Below, piece by piece: positions 55,348 to 64,000 of a DNA stretch of 64,000 bases (position 1 is its first letter; the number at the start of each line of letters is the position of its first letter). Position numbers and translations under genes: made by a program. Below the pieces are notes generated by a model. It was not told the origin of the DNA. It saw only the letters and a program-made list of their open reading frames with translations, and did no database searches. The DNA comes from an uncultured Planctomycetota bacterium (GTDB lineage Bacteria > Planctomycetota > Planctomycetia > Isosphaerales > Isosphaeraceae), in NCBI GenBank assembly GCA_963823665.1, contig CAWGMQ010000007.1, positions 736,001-800,000 of the forward strand, written 5' to 3'.

Positions 55348-55968
55348 TCAGCTCCTGGTTTCAAAAGGTATTCCGGAGTCGTCGACTTGCTCGATCTCGC
55401 GACGAATCCGGGCAACGACCCGGCTCTTGTATTGATAAACTGTGCCCACGGTCATTCCGAGGTCCTGGGCGACGACCTTGGGCGGCGTGCCTTCCACGCT
55501 AGTCAGCCAGAACGCCTTCCACGCCGGCTCGGAGAACGACGGTCGCACACGCTCGGCCGCCCACACGAGCAGACCCCGTCGATATTCATCTTCGAAGAGC
55601 GCTGACTCTTCACAGCCAGGGTCGGGTTGCTCCTCGATCAGCTTCTGGATGTCGGTTTCGCCACTGCCTCGCGGATGCCTGCGCTGCGCGACCAGGAGGT
55701 TCACGATCAGGTTGCTCGCGATGCGGGAGAGCCACCCGCGAAACGACCCTCGGCTCCGGTCCGTATCGAATCGGTCAATCGCCCGGGCGACCGAGCGAAA
55801 GACGTCTTGAACGAGGTCCTGAGCGTCGGCTTCCTGCAGCCCTCGCCGTTTCGCAAGTCGATACGCGAGAGGACCATAGATCTCGGTGAACTCGCACCAC
55901 GCTTGCTCGTCATTGCGGTCGCGCAGGCGAACTAGCAAGCTCGGATGAGTCAAAGGTGCGTCGTTCAT
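55348..55968 (-). CDS. ECF RNA polymerase sigma factor
   Basis: THPSLLVRLRD...AW..F..IYGPL...DAQDLVQDVF...GSFRGWL...VYQYKSRV; GGAGGAG RBS. Confidence 0.92.
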   Translation of the reverse strand: MNDAPLTHPSLLVRLRDRNDEQAWCEFTEIYGPLAYRLAKRRGLQEADAQDLVQDVFRSVARAIDRFDTDRSRGSFRGWLSRIASNLIVNLLVAQRRHPRGSGETDIQKLIEEQPDPGCEESALFEDEYRRGLLVWAAERVRPSFSEPAWKAFWLTSVEGTPPKVVAQDLGMTVGTVYQYKSRVVARIRREIEQVDDSGIPFETRS

Positions 55969-56124
55969 CCACTGATCTCCTCCCTCTCTATTCACAACCC
56001 GGCGGCGAAGATTTGAACGCGAACGCGAAGAATTCTCGATTCGGCCATCTCGCCGTTCAGAAAATCCAGAGTGATGATTCGGAACGCAACGATCAGCGCG
56101 ATCGCCGCTCCGCAATTTCGTCGC

Positions 56125-56141
56125 TCAGGCTTCAGCCTGAC
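56125..56141. repeat. degenerate REP palindrome, family A
   Basis: TCAGGCTTCAGCCTGAC without an intact GTAG head. Confidence 0.5.
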
Positions 56142-56195
56142 ATCCCCTTCAGTCGCGTAACAGCCTGCCCAGCCTCTACCGCCAGCCCCCGAGCC

Positions 56196-56572
56196 CCTTC
56201 ACCCGCGGCCTCGACTTCGTGGGCCGGTTCGCCTTCGTCGGGCTCTCGCAGGTCCGCGAGTCGGCGATCTTCAGCGGCATCCCGGTCACCGAGCGCCTGA
56301 CCGAGCGCACCTGCGGTGTGTGGGTGATCGATACATTGACCGGCCTGACCGTCGCGTTCCTGCGATTCGAGGCTGACGCGCAGGAGATCTTCGCTGTCCA
56401 GGTCGTACCCGGGCGCCGGTTTCCGGACCTCGTGAACGACGATAGGGCGCTGCTCGCCGGCTCATTCGTCCTCCCTGGCGACGCCCTGGCCGACGTGCCG
56501 ACCCCGTTCCGCCACCCATCGCGACCAACCGGGTTGTGCGAGGGTGCTCCGCCGCCCGACTCCCGGGTCTAG
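56196..56572 (+). pseudogene. 3' remnant of a TIGR03032/DUF4915 family gene
   Basis: FTRGLDFVGRFAFVGLSQVRESAIFSGIP...CGVWVID...QEIFAVQV; no N-terminal two-thirds upstream. Confidence 0.75.
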
Positions 56573-57001
56573 CCATCTGGCGGCTGATTGTCTGATTGTC
56601 TTCTAATGCGAAAAAATTTCTTTTTTTTGTTGCGAACTGACGAAACTCGCTTTACATTGTCCGCCTTAGTAATTCTTTCAACTTTTCACTCGCTCGCTCG
56701 AGCATCCAAGAATGGAATGGGACGGGAACTCCGTCCACGACTCGATCGGTTTCTCGCGATCAGCGTCACACGCGAGTTACCAGGGGCCACGACAACTTTC
56801 ACGCGGGCTTGAAAGAAAGCCGTCGACGTGATTGGCGCGGCATTCCGCAGATAAACCGAACCTTCGATTGCTCGGATCGCCGTCCGCCCCAAGCGGGGTT
56901 GTCACGGGTTCCGAGCCTGGAGAAGGTGCGCGCCAGCGGCGCCTCAGTCGCACCGCCAAGTATTCGCACATTGTTGACGGCTACCACAGAGGAGACCCGC
57001 C

Positions 57002-60000
57002 ATGCGTGCCAGGCCCGAAGTTAGAAAGCCGATGATTCACCGGAAAGTAGTCAAGACCTTAGCTCGCCGCCACGTCGCGCGCAGAACCCGGCGCCTGCTC
57101 TTTGAGCCGCTCGAAGACCGGACCTTGCTGGCGATCACAGCGACGATTCCACCCAGTAACGCCGCCCCGGTGTGGGCGGATGAGGGACCGAGCCCGATCA
57201 TCAACGGGGGCGTCACGGGCATGCCGCTCCAGTTGAATCCGGGCGCGGGGGCGGTCGTGGCGTTTGCAGTGAAGTCCGGCCCCGTCGTCGGGACGACAGT
57301 GGCATTCGCGGCCACCGCCAGTGGCGGGGTCTGGGAAACGGACGACCTGAATGCCACGACGATGGTCGACATCAATCAGGTGAATGACACCTCGTTGCTA
57401 CCCTCGCCACCCACTGCCAGCATCACGGGGGGCCCGATGGGAGGCGGGGCGGGCGCGACATTTCCGTATACCTACGTGGTGACCTACCTCGAGGCGGGGG
57501 GGCGCGAGAGCAACGCAAGCGCGCCCATCACGCTGGAGGGCAACGCGGCCGGCATGATCCAGATCAACGTCGGGCCGTTCGGTAACGGTAATGGCCTCCT
57601 CGGCGACAACATCTATCGGGCCGTTAGAAATGCCAATGGCACGACGACCTACTATCTCGTCGGGATGATCAACACCAACGGCGGAACTTTCGTCGACAAC
57701 ACCACTGTCAACACCCCCGTCGCCATCTCGACGGCTCACGGGGTATTTATTCCCCATGCTCGGCTTGCGCCTGAGCCGTCGCCGGAGTGGCAGCCGTTGA
57801 CCGATGAATTCCCCTCGCTCTCGATGGAATCGATCGCGATTGCCGCCGACAACCCCTACATCGCCTTCGCCGGCACCGGCCAGGCGAGCGCGTCGAACAC
57901 AGGCTCCACGGGCCAGGGCGTCATCATGATGACGGTCAATCCCGCCAATGCGGCGCTCAACACAGCCACCCTGCTCGGAGCCAACACCCTGGCGGGCCTC
58001 GACATCTCGGCCATCGTCGCGCTCCCGAACCACACCATCGTGGTCGCAACCGACGACCCGGACCAGGGCGGGGTCTTCGTGAGCAGCGACTACACGATGC
58101 CGAATGTGACGTTTTTCCGGATCCCCAGCAATCTGCTGCCGGCGGGCCCAGTCACGGACCTGGCCTACATCCCCGCAGGCGCCACCACGGGGGGGGCCCT
58201 GGTCCTCGCGGCCATCGCCGGCACATCCGGCGTCACCGGTAAAATCCTGTCGAACGCTGGTATTTACGTCCACACCGCCGCCAGTCTTGGCGTGGGCTCT
58301 TGGAACGTGACGACCAGCAACGTCCCCAAAGCCGGGCCTGGCTCGGGGAATTACAACTTTGCCAATGCGACCGATATCCACTTAAGTGTCTATCAGGGCG
58401 CGGCCACCAACACGGTCTACGCCGATACCGTCGAGCAGACAAGTTCTTCGAGTTACGCGGTCACGGAGGTGTTTCGGATCAGCAATGTTTTAAATCCCGC
58501 GAACACGGCATGGAGCCCGGTACTGGCCAACAACACCGCCGGAACGACGGTGCCGCTGGCCGCCGCCATCCCCGGCGGCATCAATCCCGGCGGACAGGGT
58601 GAGTTCAATTCACCGATCACCGCCGACCCGAACAACCCCGACGGCTTCTATATCGCGGGCGACCATATCAACAACGGCGTGTCCGCCTCTGTATTCAAGG
58701 TCACGATCAACGGTGGCCTCGCAACCTGGACTCCCGTCGTCGGCCCCAATGCACCCGGTCCCGGCCCAATCTCGGCTCCCCTCGTGATGCCGGGCACCGC
58801 CAACCCCTTTCCCGCCAACGGTGGGCTGGTGGCCGGTATGACCTACCAGTATGCCTACACGCTCGTCGACTCGAACGGAGTCGAGAGCGCGCTCAGCCCC
58901 TCCACGACGACGATGCCGCTCATGGTGGGTCAAGACCAGGTCACGATCACGATTCCGCTCCCGTTGCCCGCGGGATTCGCCAACGCGCGCGGCTTCAGAG
59001 TCTACCGCAATTTCCCGAATTCACTGGCTTACTACCTGGTCGGCGGTGGCTTGTTCGGAGGCGCGCCACCGCGGCGAACAATTTCTTCCCTGACACCCTG
59101 ACCGAGGCGCAGGTGAGGATGGTAAACAATCTTTCCAGGTCGTTGGTCAACACCGCGGGGACTTCGCCGCACGCGGATGCGCGCGCGATGGCTTTCCTGC
59201 CCGGAAACAACGGCACCTTGTTCGAGTCGGACGACGGCGGGCTCTACGAGTTAAACGGCTTGGGCGTGACCAGCGGAACGTCCTACTGGCAGTCGCTCGA
59301 CGGCAACCTCGGCGATGTCGAGACCTACTCGGTCGCCTATGACCCGCTCGCCAACGTCGCGATCGCGGGCAACCAGGACAACGGCTCGATCGTCCAGACA
59401 GCGCCCGGCTCGACCACGTGGACGCAGACCAATTCGGGAGACGGCGGAACCCAGGTCGTCGACGTCGTGAATCCCAATACGAACTCACAAGCCGTCTACC
59501 AAATCGCAGTGGCCAACAATTTCGGGATGTTGGTCGGCAACACCCTGGTATCTTCCATCAATATTTCGCGGGATAATGCCAATGGCACCCTGGGGAACAC
59601 CGCCCCGGTGATGCTTGCCGCTATGCCCGGCGGCGCCGCCCTGAGCGGGCTCGCCCCCAAAGATCAGAATGCGACGGGTTTTCAGCGCGTCCAGGTCGCA
59701 GCCAATGCAGTCAACGGCCAGCTGCTCTTCGGGCTCTACGGGGTTTACACCACCACGGGCGTCGGTACCCCCGCGGGCCCCGGTGCCGTCGTTTCGCAGA
59801 CCATCAATGCGCCGACTCTGCCGTCCAACGCCGACGCGGCGGGCCAGTCTCTTTTACTCGACGGGAACGGCGTCGCGAAATCCTCGGCACTGCTCGTGAC
59901 AGCCGTGACGTACGGCGGATTCTACATCACCTCTACTGCATACCTCCCCAACCCGAACGTCATCTACGCCGCTCGGTCCAACGTCATTTACGTTCGGACC

Positions 60001-63000
60001 GGCGCGGGTGGCTCGTTCAACTACTCGGCGGCGGTCCCGCTGAATGTGACGATCACTTCGATCGTGCTCGACCCCACGAACTGGAAGGTGGCCTACGCTG
60101 CCGGCGGCTCGAGCGTCTTCGCCACCGTCGACGCCGGCAAGCACTGGGCCGACATCACCGGGCAGCTCGCGCCGTTCAATTCCAAGCTGGATGCCGTCCA
60201 GATCATCAAGCTGGCCGGTCAGGATGTGCTCTTGGTCGGCGGAGCCGACGGCGTTTTCGTGACGTACAACCCGGTCGGGACCCCGAACGCCGACAATACG
60301 TACGCGACGCTGCCCAGCAGCTCGCGGGGCCTGGTCTGGACGGCGCTGAACGCCGGGCTGCCGCACGCCCAGGTCACCCAGATCAGCTACACGACGTCGA
60401 TGAGTATCAGGGTGAATGGCAACACTCTGACCAGAGGCGACGTGCTCTTGGTCAGCACCCTCGGCCGCGGGGTCTTTCAGATCAACAAGGCGTCGACCCA
60501 GTTCAACAAGACCAACACGCTGACCATCAGCGGGCCGCAGGCCAACTCCACTGTATTGATCGCGCCGGACGCGCTCAACTCGCAATTGATCGACGTCACG
60601 CTGACCCAGCTCGGCGTCCCCATCACCCAGGATTTCCCGATCCAGTCGATCAGCGGCATCAACGCCTTTAACCTTGGCCCCGGCACGATCCTGACAGTCG
60701 ACACCGGCGTGGCGCTGCTCAACCCCGGCATCACGTTTAACGCCCAGGACGGCGCTAGTCTGGCGTTCGCGTCGCCGGGCAATGCCACGCTTCAGAAGTA
60801 CAGCACGACGGGCAACACGCGCACGCTGGTCATCAGCGGGCCGAACGGCCCGTTGACCGTCACTTACATCGCCGGCAGTCTGGCTCCGCAGAACCTGCCC
60901 AACCAACCGGTTCTCAAGGCGGTTGGCCAGGGACTCAAGAATTTGTTCGCTTCGTCGGTCGCCGGGGCGCTCGATCAGGCGGACGTCCCGGGCCTCCCGA
61001 TCTCGCTAGGCGATGTGGTCGACGGGGTCGAGAACGTCGCGGCCCTGAGCGACCCCGATGCGGACCCCGACGCGGGCGGCTCGGCCGGCGGCACGGCGGC
61101 CGACAATGGCTCGGGCGGCCCGGGGATCTTTGAAAGGCTCTTCCAGGAAGACACCGGCGGCTTCGACGTCACGACGATCGGCGGCCCGACGATTCCCGAC
61201 TATCCCACGCTCGTGCATGATTTGGTCGACCTGAGCGATACACCCAACCCCAACCTGGTCTCATACACGCTCGATTCCTCGGGCGACCCCCAGTTCAACG
61301 TCACGATCAACAAGACGTTGGACGGTACGGCCAACCTCAACCTCGAGGCCTTGGGCGGCACGATCTCGCTCACCGGCGATGTCGACATCAGCATGATGGT
61401 GCACGTTCACCTGGTCTTCGGCATCGACTCAAACGGCTTCTACGTTGACACGGCCGCCGTGGTCAACACTCTTGGGCAGACCGTGCCCATGCTCAGCGTC
61501 GACAACATCCAGCTCGACGCCGACCCAAACCTGACCGCGTCCGGCGATTTCGGGCTCTTCGACATCAGCGCCACCAACATCTCGCTGACCGTCGACCCGG
61601 CGATCGGGGCATCCGTGACGCTGCCGCCCGAGTCGCCGGACGCGCTCACCGGCGAGACAACCAACCTGCTGCGCCCGCAAGATTTCGCCGCGATGGCCGA
61701 GTACGCCACGACCACGCTCATCTCGGCGCCCGGACAAGCGATCGCGATCTCGGCCACGATCAACGTCGACAGCGGGCTGCTCAGCTCGCTGATCCCCAGC
61801 TCGCTACAGGACCTGGACTTGACATTCACCTGGAACGACGCGAGCAAACCGACCAGCGTGGCCATCTCGGGCCCCGGTTATGACAGGCTGAACACCGTGA
61901 TCACCGAGTCCGAAAAGGACATCGTCATGGGCTTGCAGCAGCTCACGGCGCTGGGAAACCAGATCGACGCCTCGTCGGTCATGGCGGTGCAAATTCCAGT
62001 GATCGACCGGTCGCTCGGCAGCTTCGTTCAGCTCGGCAACCTTTTCGGCAACAGCCTTTACCAGCCGGTGCAGACCTACTTCGCCACGCTGCCGACGTTG
62101 CCTGACGGCACCCGCGAGCTCCCAACGGTTTCCGGCTTTGTCGGGGCGCTCATCGGCGCTTCGGCGCCGAGCGGCGATCTGAGTTTGTCGCTGGCCCCGG
62201 GCCTGAGCCTCACGGTGCAAGGTGGGGCGCTCTTGCTCAACTATGACTTCACCGCCACCCGGATCGATCCCATCGCGCTCGACCTCGGCCTGGGGGGCGA
62301 GTCGCCGCTGTCATTGAGCGCCAACCTCGCGGTGGACCTCCAGACCCAGTTCACTTTCGACGCGTCGATCGGCGTCGACCTGGGCGCACTCGCGAGCGCC
62401 ATCGTGAACAACACGACCGCAAACCTGGGGAACGCCTTCTTCGTCCAGCTCGCAACCCCGCCGACGATCAGCGCGAGTCTTCTCGACTCTGGTCAGGGGC
62501 TGACTGTAGCCGCGACGATCGGCCCGCTCAACGTCACGGGCCAGGTGCTGGGCCTGCTCTCCAACCCCGCCGACCCCACGAGCGATCGTCTGCCGCTCTT
62601 GCAGGCGGCAGTGAGCATCGGCCTGGCGGCCGACAGCAACGGACGGACCACGCTCAGCACGATCATGAATCTGCTCAAGACCAACCCCTTGCAACTGATC
62701 ACCACCCCGCAGTTCTCAGGCTCACTCGGCCTCGACATTCTCATCACTCCCTCGTTGATGACAAGTCGGGGCGCGTACAGCTTTACCCCCGCCGGCCAGC
62801 CCGGGCCCGAGCTGATCATCTCAACCCCGAACATCTTCTCCGGGGAGCTGCCAACGATCGACCCCGAGAACTTCGGCACGCTGCTCAACTTCAAGAACGT
62901 CTCCGCCGCGGCCCTGCTCGTGGCGCTTCAGCAGTTCTCCTCATACCTGGGCGAGTTCGCCAGCTCCCCCGCCTTCAACACCACGATCCCGTTCACCCAG

Positions 63001-64000
63001 GGGACGACTCTGGGGAGCTTGGTCAACGTTGCCGCCACCTACGCCAACCAGTTGGCCGGGCTCACTGCTCCCTCCGGCGGCACGGATTTCAACAGCATTG
63101 GCGGGCTCCAGAGCGCCAATGCGGCCAACACGGCCGCCGCCAACACCCCGATCTCTTTCAACTACGTGCCGAACTTCCAGTCGACCGGGTACCCTGCGCT
63201 CACGATGACGCTCAATCTCCAGCAGTCCTTCGGCGGCACGTTCAGCGGACAGATCGTTGGCGACAGCTTGAACCCGGTGGTCGACGACTCGACGCTGCTC
63301 TCCGACTTGAACGGCGGCCAGGGCGTCCAGTTCGCCATGGACCCCGTAAACGGGGTCGGACCTGGCACCAACGGCCCAGGGCCCGACCTGAGCATCGAGC
63401 TCTCCGACGGGACGATTCTTCCCATCACGTTCGCCCCGAGCAAGGGTGAAACCCTGGGCGACGTCATCTCCCAGATCAACGACGCCCCGGGGAACCGCGA
63501 CCAGCTCGTGGCCGCGATCAACCCCGACCAGGACGGCCTGATGCTGACCGACATGACGCTCGGAACCAACCTGTTCAACGTGATCGGCCAGCAGGGCTCA
63601 AACGCGGCGGCCAACCTGGGCATCGTCGGCATCGCGTTCCGCAACCCGACGCTCGACCCGACGACGCCCGTGTTACACCTGAACAACGGGGCCGGCGTCT
63701 CGTTCTCGACCACCGGCGGCGCCGATCTCATGGTGACGCTGTCGAACGGAGTCGTCTTCCCGATCACATTCTCGAACCCCGTGACCGTTGCCGACTTGAT
63801 CAATCAGGTCGCAAGCGCCAGGGACAGCCAGGGCCAGCCCAATAACGGCAGGCTAGCGCTGGGGATCAACTCCACTCGCACCGGCTTGGTGCTGTACGAC
63901 GGCACGACCGGCAACGGCACCCTCTCAGTCGCGGCCGTCCCCGGCTCGCTGGCGGCCGTCGGGTTGGGCCTGATCTCGACCAGCACCGCTCAGGTCGGGC
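57002..64000 (+). CDS. giant surface/extracellular protein (>2300 aa, runs off window); frameshift near 59063
   Basis: GAGGAG RBS; RRLLFEPLEDRTLLA planctomycete extracellular motif; BNR/sortilin-like propeller (SGGVWET, PHADARAM, DDGGLY, GNQDNG, STLGRGVF). Frame 1 appears open from ~59065 to the window end (absent from ORF track because no stop). Confidence 0.88.

Noticed and set aside
56690..57001. c-di-GMP riboswitch in the giant protein leader
   Set aside because: A GAAA-loop hairpin and AGCGGGGTT are present, but the GGCAAA/GACGCAAA core is missing; needs an Rfam/Infernal scan
59147..63986. Numerous minus-strand ORFs at the window end
   Set aside because: Antisense shadows of the open plus-strand giant protein frame

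Overview
GC-rich bacterial DNA, almost certainly a planctomycete (Isosphaeraceae-like). This is inferred from a 'RRLLFEPLEDRTLLA' planctomycete extracellular signal, ECF sigma/Ser-Thr kinase pairs, a PVC-type haem-binding dehydrogenase and GTAG-type REP palindromes. Housekeeping/metabolic genes: nikel/cobalt ECF transporter MNQO with a NikR-like operator, pdxH, ppk1, sixA, nfo, pntAA/AB/B, an S1-domain protein and an RraA-family protein. Also present: a split ArgZ/AgrE-like arginine dihydrolase + ornithine cyclodeaminase pair, a five-gene YehL/M/P/Q-like SWIM-AAA-vWA operon, five Ser/Thr kinases (three with an adjacent ECF sigma in the window), intact and decayed toxin-antitoxin loci, a REP-headed duplication flanking an ECF/kinase island, and the first 7 kb of a giant mosaic surface protein. 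About 20 single-base frameshifts, mostly in GC/homopolymer runs and including conserved genes such as ppk1, look like long-read consensus errors; genes are reported across them. No rRNA, tRNA, CRISPR array or transposase was seen. All family assignments are by eye from motifs, not from database searches.
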